This document shows positions 39,853-50,089 of a stretch of DNA of 64,000 nt, in pieces. The position numbers were made by a program, and so were the translations under genes. This DNA comes from Dehalococcoidia bacterium (lineage in GTDB: Bacteria; Chloroflexota; Dehalococcoidia; Lucifugimonadales; Australimonadaceae), in contig DAOUJX010000060.1 in assembly GCA_034422075.1 (NCBI GenBank), forward strand, positions 73,244 to 137,243. Reading direction: 5' to 3'. The notes below the pieces were generated by a model. The model saw only the letters and a list, made by a program, of their open reading frames with translations. It searched no databases and had not been told where the DNA came from. The first letter of the stretch is position 1, and each line of letters begins with the position of its first letter.

Positions 39853-40926
39853 CTACGAACGCATGTCCAAGGGCAACTGGAGCAGATTCGCGCGGCGGCC
39901 CGTCGAGGACTCTCCATGCGGCGTGAACGCGCTCATCGAGATGACCCGATCATCATCGCTTAGCTCGGTCATCACCCTAACTCCCTCAGCGGCGCGTCCC
40001 TGGATAGGCCATTCGGCGATGCGCGTACGGAGGACCGCCGCCTTGGCGGAGCCGGCGATGACCTCCTCATTGCCGTAGTCGGCCACAACTGCGGCGGCTA
40101 CCTGGCCAGTCTTGTCGTTGACGGTGTGGGCAATCACGCCCATGGCATCGCGATCGGTGACGGGGAACTTGCTTGCTTCGGTGCGCTTGCCGTAGCCCCT
40201 GCGCGTGAGGAGCAGCAGCCGGTCCTTCGGTCGGGCAACGTCCATGCCGACGACCTCGTCTCCGACCTCGAGGCGGACGCCGCGCACGCCGCCCGCACCG
40301 CGCGTAACGCGCGGGCGCACAGCGCTGAGGGCGAAGCGCACCGCCTTGCCCTCGCGCGTAACGATGATAGTGCTCATGTCGTCGTCAGCGAGGCGCGCAA
40401 GCAACACCTCATCGTCATCGCGAAGGCTCATCGCCGCGAGCCCGTTTGCGCGGATGTTGACGAACTTGCCAAGGGGCATCCGCTTCACGCTCCCTTTGCG
40501 CGTGGCCATAATGATGGACTTGTTCGCATAGGGGTCTCGAATAGGGGTCATGGCGGTCACCCGCTCGGTCGGCATGATGGAGATGGTGCCTGCCGCAGCG
40601 CCGCCGGGATTCCACCACGAGCCATCCGCCGACAGGGACACGACTCGCTGGCGGTAGACGCGGCCCTTGTTGGTGAAGCAGTAGAGCCAGTCCTGCGTGT
40701 CGGCAACGACGAGCTGCCGCACGTTGCCGCCCTCGCGCGTCAGCTGACCCTGCACGCCCTTGCCGCCGCGACGTTGGGGACGGAAGGCCTCGAGGGGCTG
40801 CGCCTTGAGGTAGCCCGCATCGCTCAACGAAATGAGCAGGCTGGCATAGGGAGCAGCGGCCTGCCGTTTAGAGCCGTCGTCAGCTGTCTTGCGCGCTGCC
40901 ATCGGAGAACCTCGCAGGGTGTGCAT
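39853..40926 (-). CDS. stand-alone DNA gyrase subunit A C-terminal (beta-pinwheel) domain protein
   Basis: 357 aa. GYLKAQPLEAFRPQRRGGKGVQG contains the GyrA-box QRRGGKG, followed by repeated blade patterns (T..G...R, D.V...). No GyrA N-terminal (breakage-reunion) region precedes it, because the udg stop lies only 45 nt upstream. Confidence 0.75.
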   Translation of the reverse strand: MHTLRGSPMAARKTADDGSKRQAAAPYASLLISLSDAGYLKAQPLEAFRPQRRGGKGVQGQLTREGGNVRQLVVADTQDWLYCFTNKGRVYRQRVVSLSADGSWWNPGGAAAGTISIMPTERVTAMTPIRDPYANKSIIMATRKGSVKRMPLGKFVNIRANGLAAMSLRDDDEVLLARLADDDMSTIIVTREGKAVRFALSAVRPRVTRGAGGVRGVRLEVGDEVVGMDVARPKDRLLLLTRRGYGKRTEASKFPVTDRDAMGVIAHTVNDKTGQVAAAVVADYGNEEVIAGSAKAAVLRTRIAEWPIQGRAAEGVRVMTELSDDDRVISMSAFTPHGESSTGRRANLLQLPLDMRS

Positions 40927-40971
40927 GTTGCACCATTACGCTGCGGAAGTCATGCCCCACCATTGGATCCC

Positions 40972-41703
40972 CTACGCCTCCACCCAGGCGCGCACGTCCG
41001 CTAGCACGACATCAAGCGAGGCGGCGCTGAGGCGTCCCGTGTTGACGTTGCGCGGACTCGGGTGGTACGCGGCAAAGAGCGCCGGTAGGCCCGGGCCAAG
41101 GTCGTAGCGGGCGCCGTGGCGAAAATCGTGGCGGTGGCGGGCTCCCGTGCGCTCGCTCATCGCGCGTAGGTAGCCGTCGAATGCCACGCGTCCGAACGCT
41201 ACCACCGCCCGCGCATCTGGCAGCAGGCCCAGCTCTTCAACGAGGTAGGGGCGGCACGTGCGCTGTTCCGCAGGCGTCGAGCGGTCTTGCGGCGGCACGC
41301 AGCGCACCACCGTCGTGAGGTACGCATCGATGAGCATCAATCTGTCGGTGCGGTGACGCGACGTGGGCTGCGATGCGAATCCCGCGCGGTGCAGCGCCGC
41401 CGCAAGAAAGTCGGACGACTTATCACCGGTGAAGAGCCGCCCTGTACGGTTAGCCCCGTGCGCGGCGGGAGCAAGTCCGACGAGTAGGACGCGGCCCTGC
41501 GGGTCTCCGTGGCTTGGGACGGGCGCGCCCCAGTAGTCGTCATCGCGGTAGGCAGCGCGCTTCTGCTGCGCAACGAACTCGCGGTGCGCGACAAGGCGCG
41601 GACAAGCGCGGCATGCAACGATGCGCTGCATCAGCTGCCCAAGCGCCCCATCCAGCGGCCCCTCGTACAATTGCGATGTGGCGGCGGTGTTCATTGGATG
41701 CAT
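40972..41703 (-). CDS. uracil-DNA glycosylase, family 4/5 (Fe-S type)
   Basis: CRACPRL cluster cysteines. LVGLAPAAHGANRTGRLFTGD resembles the family-5 (UdgB) motif. C-terminal HPSPRN. Confidence 0.8.
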   Translation of the reverse strand: MHPMNTAATSQLYEGPLDGALGQLMQRIVACRACPRLVAHREFVAQQKRAAYRDDDYWGAPVPSHGDPQGRVLLVGLAPAAHGANRTGRLFTGDKSSDFLAAALHRAGFASQPTSRHRTDRLMLIDAYLTTVVRCVPPQDRSTPAEQRTCRPYLVEELGLLPDARAVVAFGRVAFDGYLRAMSERTGARHRHDFRHGARYDLGPGLPALFAAYHPSPRNVNTGRLSAASLDVVLADVRAWVEA

Positions 41704-41737
41704 GATGCAACAAATGGGCGCGGTATAGTGACCGGGT

Positions 41738-42823
41738 ATGCGGATGCGGCGCTTTGGGGCTGGCCGGTGGCTTCTGCTTGGTGCAATGGGGCTGGCGGTG
41801 CTCGGCCTGGCAGCCGGTTGCGGCGGTGACCCTCCTCCATCGCCGCCGCCCCACGGCCTGCCGCCGCTTGCGCTGCCCGACGACGAGGCCCCTCACGACT
41901 TTCGGACGGAATGGTGGTATTTCAATCTCCATGCGGGCGAGGAGGGCGGATCGCGGCGCTTCGCGCTCCACTACGTCCTCTTCCAGGTGAGGGAGCAGGT
42001 TTCGGGGCGGACGCTCTATGTCGCGCAAGCCGGGCTGACGGAGGCCACCGGCGGCACACACCAGAAGGCGGAACGCTTCCGGACGACGGAGCAGCCGATC
42101 CCGGGGCGCGAGAACGGCTTCGACTTCACCATTGGAGATTGGCAATTTGCGGGCGAAGGCGGCGAGTCGTTCACCTTGCGCGGCGGCGTCGAGGGCTCAC
42201 GCTTCGACCTCGATCTCACCGGCGGCGGCGTGCTGCTGCATGACGATGACGGCCTCGTCGATTTCAAGGAGGCGGGCGTCACGTACTACTTCTCGCGACC
42301 ACGCCTCGGCGTGCGAGGGGTTGTCACGCTGCCGAGCGGCCCTGTCGACGTGAGCGGCCTTGCCTGGTACGACAAACAGTGGGGGGACTTCCAGCCCGTC
42401 GCCGTCTCGTGGGACTGGGCGAGCATACAGCTCGACGACGGGCGCAACCTGATGCTGACGCGCCTGTTCGACGGGTCAGGCGCATCGATCGACGTCTATG
42501 GCACGCTCCAGCAGCGCGGCGGGCAGGTCGCGCGCCTTTCCGAGGACGACTTTTCATTCGAGCCTGCTCCCGACTCGGCGTGGACCAGCCCCCATACCGG
42601 CGCCTCGTACGATGCGCGGTGGCGTGTGCGCGTTCCATCGGAGGACCTCGACGCCGAGCTTGTCCCCATCGCCGACGCGCTGGCATCGCAGGCCGAGTTC
42701 CGCTCCAACGCCTTGGGCGTCGTCTATTGGGAGGCGGGCGTCGACGTGCTCACATCCGACGGAGCACGCATCGGGCAGGGGTTCGTCGAGCTGGCAGGGC
42801 GGACGGGGTTGGTGGTGCGCTAG
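41738..42823 (+). CDS. lipoprotein, CrtC/AttH-like (carotenoid 1,2-hydratase-type lipocalin domain)
   Basis: Lipobox LAAGC. The DFRTEWWYFNLH...ALHYVLFQV pattern is typical of AttH/CrtC N-terminal domains. Confidence 0.6.
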   Translation: MRMRRFGAGRWLLLGAMGLAVLGLAAGCGGDPPPSPPPHGLPPLALPDDEAPHDFRTEWWYFNLHAGEEGGSRRFALHYVLFQVREQVSGRTLYVAQAGLTEATGGTHQKAERFRTTEQPIPGRENGFDFTIGDWQFAGEGGESFTLRGGVEGSRFDLDLTGGGVLLHDDDGLVDFKEAGVTYYFSRPRLGVRGVVTLPSGPVDVSGLAWYDKQWGDFQPVAVSWDWASIQLDDGRNLMLTRLFDGSGASIDVYGTLQQRGGQVARLSEDDFSFEPAPDSAWTSPHTGASYDARWRVRVPSEDLDAELVPIADALASQAEFRSNALGVVYWEAGVDVLTSDGARIGQGFVELAGRTGLVVR

Positions 42824-43827
42824 CTGCGCGCCAGCCCCTCGGCGATGTCTGCGACGACGCGAGGGCCCTCATAGACGAGCGCGGTGTACAGTTGCACCGT
42901 GTCGGCGCCTGCGTCGAGCGCGGCGCGCGCATCGTCGGCGCTCGCTATGCCCCCGCACGCGTTCAGCGCGAGGTCGGGGCCCAGCGCTTGGCGAACCTCC
43001 GGTAGCGCCGCAAGCAGCGATGCGAAGAGCGGACGCCCGCTCAGCCCGCCTGTGCCCATGGCTAGATCCACATCCGGCTCGGGACGGGTGTTGGCGTAGG
43101 TCAGGCCGTCCGCGCCGGCCTCACGGCAGACGCGTACGAGTGCCAGCACGCCGTCGCGGGTCGCGTCGGACTCGAACGGTGGCAATTTGACGAACAGCGG
43201 CTTGGTGCGTCGCGCGTTGAGGATACCAAGCAACCGTCGCAACGCCTCCGGCTCCTGATACTCGCGAACGCCTGCCGTATTGGGGGAACTCACGTTGAGC
43301 TCGAATCCATCCACCACGTCCTGCAGCCGGTCGATGCACGCCGCGGTGTCGTCGTCGCCCAGGGCCGCGATGCTTGCCAGCACGGGCGCGCCCGGCCCGG
43401 CTCGCGTCAGCCGCTGCCGCGCCTTTTCGACGCCGTCGTTCGGGAAGCCCATCGCGTTGAGCAGCGCGCCCTCTCGGGTGCGGCGCAGCAGGCGCGGGCG
43501 CGGATTGCCCTTGCGCGGCGCGCGCGTCACCGTCCCCACGGTCACATACCCGAAGCCCCAGTCGCGCAGGGACGCGACGTAGCGGCAGTTCTTGTCAAGA
43601 CCGGCGGCAAGGCCGACGCGGTTGCGCAACGGGATATCCGCAATGCTGGCAGGCTGCGCGAACCGCTTCATGTCGAGGGCGAATGCATGCGCGCGCCACA
43701 GCGGCCGCACCGCGAAGGCGGCGTCGGCCCATTGCAGCGCACGCTCCGGCTGCAAACCAAAGAGGAGCGGCCTCACGACCGCTCGATAGACAGGGATGCG
43801 GGTAACGCGCCTGAGTGCGCGGCGCAT
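42820..43827 (-). CDS. pyrD: dihydroorotate dehydrogenase (quinone), class 2
   Basis: NRVGLAAGLDKN, GFGYVTVGTVT..PRKGNPRPR, NVSSPNT, GGLSG. Confidence 0.9.
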   Translation of the reverse strand: MRRALRRVTRIPVYRAVVRPLLFGLQPERALQWADAAFAVRPLWRAHAFALDMKRFAQPASIADIPLRNRVGLAAGLDKNCRYVASLRDWGFGYVTVGTVTRAPRKGNPRPRLLRRTREGALLNAMGFPNDGVEKARQRLTRAGPGAPVLASIAALGDDDTAACIDRLQDVVDGFELNVSSPNTAGVREYQEPEALRRLLGILNARRTKPLFVKLPPFESDATRDGVLALVRVCREAGADGLTYANTRPEPDVDLAMGTGGLSGRPLFASLLAALPEVRQALGPDLALNACGGIASADDARAALDAGADTVQLYTALVYEGPRVVADIAEGLARS

Positions 43828-44633
43828 TACGCGTCGACCGACAATACGCGGTAGCGGCGCTCGCCTGCGGGCGTCTGTATCGTTGCCTCATCGCCCTTGC
43901 GCAGACCGACTATTGCTTTGCCGACGGGCGAGTCGGCAGACAGCTTACCGCCGAGGGGGTCGGACTCTGCGGCGCTCACAAGGGTGTATTCGAGGCGCTT
44001 GCCGCTGATGGTGTCCTCCAGGCCGACCTTGACACCAACTCGGATGCCCCCTGCCCTCTCCTCGCCATTCGGCGCGACGACAACTGCTAGGCGCAGCGTC
44101 TCTTCTAGGCTGCGAATGCGCGCCTCCGTCTGCCCTTGATGTTCGCGGGCGGCGTCGAGCGGCGAGTTTTCCGAGACGTCGCCGTTGGCGCGCGCGCTGC
44201 GTATGGCTTGGACGATTGAGCCGCGCTTGCCCTTCAGCGCCTCCAGCTCGGAGACAAGAGCGTCCCGGCCTTCTTGCGTTAGCTCGATGGCTTCGCGGTC
44301 GGTCGGCGGCGCGTCCAGCTTGGCGGTAGCAGCGGCGCGCGCTGCAGCCCGCGGTATCTTCACGTGCGGCGCGAGCGAGTGGGTCAACTTGTACTGCTTC
44401 TTCAGGAAGGCGAGAAAGTCCTTGACCGGGGACAGCCGCGCATGGACATCGCCGCCCGCGCTCACTACCTCCTGCGCGTAGTCGGCAACCTGGGGTGGGA
44501 GGATGCCCTCGACGTTTCTATCCCTTCCGATGGCGCTGGCGAAGCGGTTGATTTCCTCTGCAGCGCGTCCCTCGACCTGCCTCTTCGTCGATGTCAGGTA
44601 TCGCGTGAGCGCGTTGGACAGCGTAACGCTCAA
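43827..44633 (-). CDS. greA: transcription elongation factor GreA with ~110-aa N-terminal extra domain
   Basis: Residues ~112-268 are GreA-like (coiled-coil with GDVSENSPLDAAREHQ, C-terminal SADSPVGKAIVGLRKGD). The N-terminal 110 aa are unrelated to GreA. TTG start at 44633 preceded by GAGGGAGGGG. Stop overlaps the pyrD start (TAATG). Confidence 0.75.
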   Translation of the reverse strand: MSVTLSNALTRYLTSTKRQVEGRAAEEINRFASAIGRDRNVEGILPPQVADYAQEVVSAGGDVHARLSPVKDFLAFLKKQYKLTHSLAPHVKIPRAAARAAATAKLDAPPTDREAIELTQEGRDALVSELEALKGKRGSIVQAIRSARANGDVSENSPLDAAREHQGQTEARIRSLEETLRLAVVVAPNGEERAGGIRVGVKVGLEDTISGKRLEYTLVSAAESDPLGGKLSADSPVGKAIVGLRKGDEATIQTPAGERRYRVLSVDA

Positions 44634-44660
44634 ACCTGCGGCCCCTCCCTCATACAGCCG

Positions 44661-44689
44661 ATTCTAGGCAAGGCATGACGGCGCGTCAA
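44661..44689 (-). promoter_or_regulatory. sigma70-like promoter of the greA-pyrD unit
   Basis: On the minus strand: TTGACG (44689-44684), 17-nt spacer, TAGAAT (44666-44661), about 28 nt upstream of the TTG start. An ACGAAG-9nt-CTTCGT hairpin (44689-44709) ending pepA lies immediately upstream. Confidence 0.45.
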
Positions 44690-44723
44690 CGAAGGGACGG
44701 GAGCTTCGTCCTAGCCCCCTCCC

Positions 44724-46241
44724 TTATCCCGCCAGATCCTCGGCGAGGCGGACGAGGGTGCGGACGGGAACGCCGGTGGCACCCTTGACGAGGTGGCCTT
44801 TGTCCTTCTCCGTCATGTTGGTGCCGGCGATGTCGAGGTGGCACCAGTCGGCGCCGTCGGCGAACTCCGCGATGAAGAGCGCCGCCGTGATGCTCCCCGC
44901 CGTCCGTCCGCCGGTGTTCTTCATGTCCGCCCAACTCGAGCGGATCAGCTCCTTGTACTCGTCATGAAGCGGCAGCTGCCACATCTTCTCGCCCACCGCC
45001 CCCGACGCCGACAGCACCGCATCCACCAGCGATTGCGACGTGCCCATCACGCCCGTCGTCACGTTGCCAAGGGCGACAACCATTGCGCCGGTGAGCGTGG
45101 CGACGTCGACGACGCGCTTGGCGCCCTTTTCGGCGATGACGTAGGAAATGGCGTCGGCCAGAATCAGCCGCCCCTCAGCATCGGTGTTGTCCACCTCGAT
45201 TGACTTGCCGTTCATCGCGACGACGATGTCACCCGGGCGCTGCGCGGTCCCGCTGGGCATGTTCTCGACGGCCGGCACGATGCCGAAAACGTTGATGCGC
45301 GGCTTCAGCCGCGCGATGGCCTGCATCGCGCCGATTATGGACGCGCCGCCCGACATGTCGCCCTTCATCGCGCCCATCCCCTGAGCCTGCTTGAGCGATA
45401 TGCCGCCCGTGTCGAACGTGACGCCCTTGCCGACGATGGCGATGTTGTTGCCGGGGTGCTCGGGATCGCCGCGGTACTCCATGACGATGAGCTTCGGCTC
45501 ATTGGCGCTGCCCTGAGCGACGCCGAGCAGCGCGCCCATCCCGCGCGACTCCATCTCTTCGCGGCCCAGCACGTCGACGCCAAGCCCTACCGTGGCGCAC
45601 GTCTCCTCCGCGATGGCGGCCATGCGCGAAGGGCTCATGACGTTGGCCGGCTCGTTCACCATGTCGCGGCAGAGGTTGACCGCCTCCGCCAGCATCGCAC
45701 CGTGTGCGACGCCGTCCTGGAGCGCCTCCAACTTGGCGCTGTCCTGCTCCACGATGGTCAACGCCTCCAGCTGCTTGCCGTCGTCGTCGCCGTTGCTCCT
45801 CGACTTGTACTGGGCGAATTCGTAGAGGCCGAGGTGCGTGCCCTCGGCAACTGCCGCCCCCGACTCCCAGGGCGAGAGGCCGCCAATGCCGGCGCCGTGG
45901 GCGAGCGTGGCTGCGCTCTTCACCCCGATGCGCCGCAGGTAACGCGCAAGGCCGCCGGAGACGGAGCGTGCGGCAAGCGCGTCGAACCGCTCGCGCTTGC
46001 CAAGCCCTGCGACGACTACGCGTTTGGCTGGCAATCGTCCGTTGGTGTGGATGCGCGCGAACTGCCCCTCCTTCCCCGTGATCTCGCCATCGGCGATGAG
46101 CGCGCGCACCGCACCGTCTAGCGCTGCGTCGACCGCGCCCGTGCCGCCGTCCGGCTCCGTCACGCCCTCGAACAGGTTGACGACGATGGCATCTGCGTGC
46201 GCCTCGGTAATGTCTCCGCTAGTCACCTCGATAGTGGTCAT
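44724..46241 (-). CDS. pepA: leucyl aminopeptidase (M17)
   Basis: VGKGVTFDTGG, NTDAEGRL, LTGA. Confidence 0.9.
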   Translation of the reverse strand: MTTIEVTSGDITEAHADAIVVNLFEGVTEPDGGTGAVDAALDGAVRALIADGEITGKEGQFARIHTNGRLPAKRVVVAGLGKRERFDALAARSVSGGLARYLRRIGVKSAATLAHGAGIGGLSPWESGAAVAEGTHLGLYEFAQYKSRSNGDDDGKQLEALTIVEQDSAKLEALQDGVAHGAMLAEAVNLCRDMVNEPANVMSPSRMAAIAEETCATVGLGVDVLGREEMESRGMGALLGVAQGSANEPKLIVMEYRGDPEHPGNNIAIVGKGVTFDTGGISLKQAQGMGAMKGDMSGGASIIGAMQAIARLKPRINVFGIVPAVENMPSGTAQRPGDIVVAMNGKSIEVDNTDAEGRLILADAISYVIAEKGAKRVVDVATLTGAMVVALGNVTTGVMGTSQSLVDAVLSASGAVGEKMWQLPLHDEYKELIRSSWADMKNTGGRTAGSITAALFIAEFADGADWCHLDIAGTNMTEKDKGHLVKGATGVPVRTLVRLAEDLAG

Positions 46242-46301
46242 GGCTCGCGCTCCTTAGTCCCGGTGTACGAGGCGGAGTGTCGCACAAGCGGCCTACCGCC
46301 G

Positions 46302-47171
46302 CTACGGGGTGTCCAAGGGGTGCAGGGCGCAACCAACGAGGCCCGGGCCGGTGTGGGCGCCTATGACGGGGGTGAAGTCGCTTACGAAGAGCTCCGCAGG
46401 GGAGAGGTCGCGCTCCAAGCGTTCGGCCATCGCCGCGGCGTCCGCGGGCGCGTTGGCGTGAGCGACAGCGATGCGCGCATCGCGCCCCTCCAGTCGTTCG
46501 CCGACCAGCGCCGCAACGCGTTCCGTGGCACGCGCCTTGCTGCGCGGACGTTCGATGGCGCCGATGCGGCCGGCGCGCAGCTCCAGCACAGGCTTGAAGT
46601 TGAGCAGGTTGCCAATCCACCAGCCTGCGCGGGGCAGCCGCCCACCCCTCCACAGGTAATAGAGCGTGTCGAAGTAGCCGACGAACCACGTGTCCTCGAT
46701 GCGGCGGCGCACGACCCCCATCACGTCGTCGAGCGATGCTCCGTTCGCGGCGGCACGCGCCGCTTCGAGCGCGACCAGCCCCTCCGCAGTGCCTGCCATC
46801 CGGCTATCGACGACGCTAACCACGGCTTTCGGCATCTCGTGCTTCGCCGCTTCCTGCGCGACCAGCGCGGTCCGGTGCGCCGCGCTCAACTCGCTTGACA
46901 ACGTCAAACAGACAATCGTCTCGGCGTGCGCTGCCGCTTCACGGTAGGCTTCCAAGAAGGCTCCTGCCCGTGGAGAGGAGGTGGTCGGTAGGGGCTCGCC
47001 TTGCGCCTGGAGCGCGTAGAAATCCCCCGGCGTGATGTCGCGCCCGTCGTAGTAGACGTCCTGCCCGTGGTGTATCTCGAACGGGACGATGTAGAGCGGG
47101 AGGCCGTCGACTAGCGTGGCTGGAAGCGACGTCGTGGAATCGGCGACGATGGCGATGGGGCCGCCAGGCAT
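46302..47171 (-). CDS. DegV family fatty-acid-binding protein
   Basis: N-terminal IAIVADSTTSLP and the overall DegV length/pattern (289 aa). Confidence 0.85.
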   Translation of the reverse strand: MPGGPIAIVADSTTSLPATLVDGLPLYIVPFEIHHGQDVYYDGRDITPGDFYALQAQGEPLPTTSSPRAGAFLEAYREAAAHAETIVCLTLSSELSAAHRTALVAQEAAKHEMPKAVVSVVDSRMAGTAEGLVALEAARAAANGASLDDVMGVVRRRIEDTWFVGYFDTLYYLWRGGRLPRAGWWIGNLLNFKPVLELRAGRIGAIERPRSKARATERVAALVGERLEGRDARIAVAHANAPADAAAMAERLERDLSPAELFVSDFTPVIGAHTGPGLVGCALHPLDTP

Positions 47172-47174
47172 CGG

Positions 47175-48146
47175 CTAGGAGGTCGCGTCTCGGCGCCTCA
47201 ACCGCAGGCTCGCCCGATCCACAGGGTCGAGCAGTACGGGGCTCACTAAGAGCACCGCGGTCAGCACAATCGCACCGACCACCGTCGCAAGATCCGCCGC
47301 CGCGTGGTACTTCAGCGTAGCGACTGCAGCAAGCGGCGGGACGAGGGCGAGGATGAGGACTAGCCTCCATGAGCGCCGCCCAATACGCATGAAGAGCGCG
47401 GTGAAGCCTGCGAGCGCCAGAAACACCATCGCCGTCACCGTGTCCATCTCCAGTGCGCGCACGCGGTCGGGGATCAGGACGCCTCCCTGCCAGTGGAGCA
47501 TGAAGAGCCAGGCGGACAAGAACGGCAACGGCAGGCTCGCCAGCGATATCGCCAGCCAGTCGTACGAGAGCGTGCGCCGGGCAATCGTCAGGATGATGAT
47601 CGTTGCGACGGGGATCCACATCGCCACGGCGACGTACATTGCCAGCGACAGCGGTGGCGTCCCGCCGCTGACGAACGCCCATGCCCCATAGCCGACCACC
47701 ACGGCAGCAACCACCCACGTCATCGCTGGCAGAACGAGCGCATAGCCCAACCATGGGGCCGTCCAGTTCGGCAACCCGCGCCTCCAGGCTGCGGTCGCCG
47801 TCGCAACGGCTATGGAGACGGCAACCGCCACCCAGAACAGCTCCACCCACAGGTGGAAGCGGAACATGGCGGCGATGCCGATGTGCGGGAGGACGGCGAA
47901 TAGCGTGTCGCGCCCTTGCGTCGTCGCGTGAACCGAGTAGTAGGCTTGTGCGATTTCGCGCGGGTCACCGAAGTCAGCTAGCGCCTGGTGCTCGGCGGCC
48001 TCAGCGGGAACCCCCTCGTGGGCAAGCTCGCGCGTGCGCTCTTCGAGGTGGCCGTATGCCTCGTACAGCACGTCGGAGCGCGTCCGGGGGTTGACGTGCA
48101 GTGACCCCCACAGCGCTGCGAAATACCTGAAGGTCGCGTCGCCCAT
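47175..48146 (-). CDS. integral membrane protein coupled to PadR (N-terminal soluble helical domain plus multiple TM helices)
   Basis: Starts 8 nt downstream of the padR stop. The N-terminal ~75 aa are hydrophilic, followed by about 7 hydrophobic segments. Confidence 0.55.
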   Translation of the reverse strand: MGDATFRYFAALWGSLHVNPRTRSDVLYEAYGHLEERTRELAHEGVPAEAAEHQALADFGDPREIAQAYYSVHATTQGRDTLFAVLPHIGIAAMFRFHLWVELFWVAVAVSIAVATATAAWRRGLPNWTAPWLGYALVLPAMTWVVAAVVVGYGAWAFVSGGTPPLSLAMYVAVAMWIPVATIIILTIARRTLSYDWLAISLASLPLPFLSAWLFMLHWQGGVLIPDRVRALEMDTVTAMVFLALAGFTALFMRIGRRSWRLVLILALVPPLAAVATLKYHAAADLATVVGAIVLTAVLLVSPVLLDPVDRASLRLRRRDATS

Positions 48147-48153
48147 GGCCCCT

Positions 48154-48483
48154 CTACGAGCCCGGCTCCATAACCAGGCTCACCGCCTTCGAGAACGACT
48201 GCCACTCCCGGTGCCTTGCCTCAAGCGCACGCTTACCAGCCGCCGTAATGGCGTAGTAGCGCCGCTGCTGCCCCGTCGCGGAGTCTGCCCAGCTGCCGAC
48301 GACGAGCTTCGCCTTCTCCAGCCGGTGAAGAGCCGGGTACAGGGTGCCCTCCTTGAAGCGGAAGTAGCCCTCTGAGCGCCGCTCCATCTCCCTGACGATC
48401 TGGTAGCCGTACATTGCCTCGCCGTCCAGCAAGGCAAGCAGGAGCGCCTCCGTACTCCCCTTCAGCAACTCGTTCTGGTACAC
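48154..48483 (-). CDS. PadR family transcriptional regulator
   Basis: LLKGSTEALLLALLDGEAMYGYQIVREM...GTLYPALHRLEKAKLV winged-helix pattern. Start re-set to GTG 48483, preceded by GGAGAA. The tracked ORF runs to 48681. Confidence 0.8.
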   Translation of the reverse strand: MYQNELLKGSTEALLLALLDGEAMYGYQIVREMERRSEGYFRFKEGTLYPALHRLEKAKLVVGSWADSATGQQRRYYAITAAGKRALEARHREWQSFSKAVSLVMEPGS

Positions 48484-48642
48484 GCGTTCTCCTCGCCCGA
48501 ACCCCAGCGTCTGTCGCGACAATTGTGCGTCGCCGCAGGCCTGCACGTCAACCTCCACGGCTACCACCTTCGTGTCCACGCACAATGACGGGAGGGTCCG
48601 GCAAACTCCCAACGACAATTCCCACGCGTCCTTAGCAGATGA

Positions 48643-50004
<1,362 letters not shown>

Positions 50005-50089
50005 AGTAGCTCCTGTAGCGCCAGTCCCACACTTGGCCAGCGAAAGAGCCCTGTCGTATACGATGGGCAGCGGAGGTGGCGAGGCGTCG

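Noticed and set aside
39853-40926. Possibility that the GyrA-CTD ORF is a pseudogene fragment of a disrupted gyrA
   Set aside because: The ORF is intact, with plausible starts (ATG 40926/40902) and all blades plus the GyrA-box. No out-of-frame GyrA N-terminal remnants are visible upstream, where udg ends 45 nt away. It is therefore kept as a real gene, pending a whole-genome check.
46939-47850. 303-aa minus-strand ORF overlapping the degV end and the PadR-linked membrane protein in another frame
   Set aside because: It is an alternate-frame artefact. The 47175..48146 frame gives coherent hydrophobic helices and tight spacing to padR, whereas this frame is Arg/Gly/Pro-rich.
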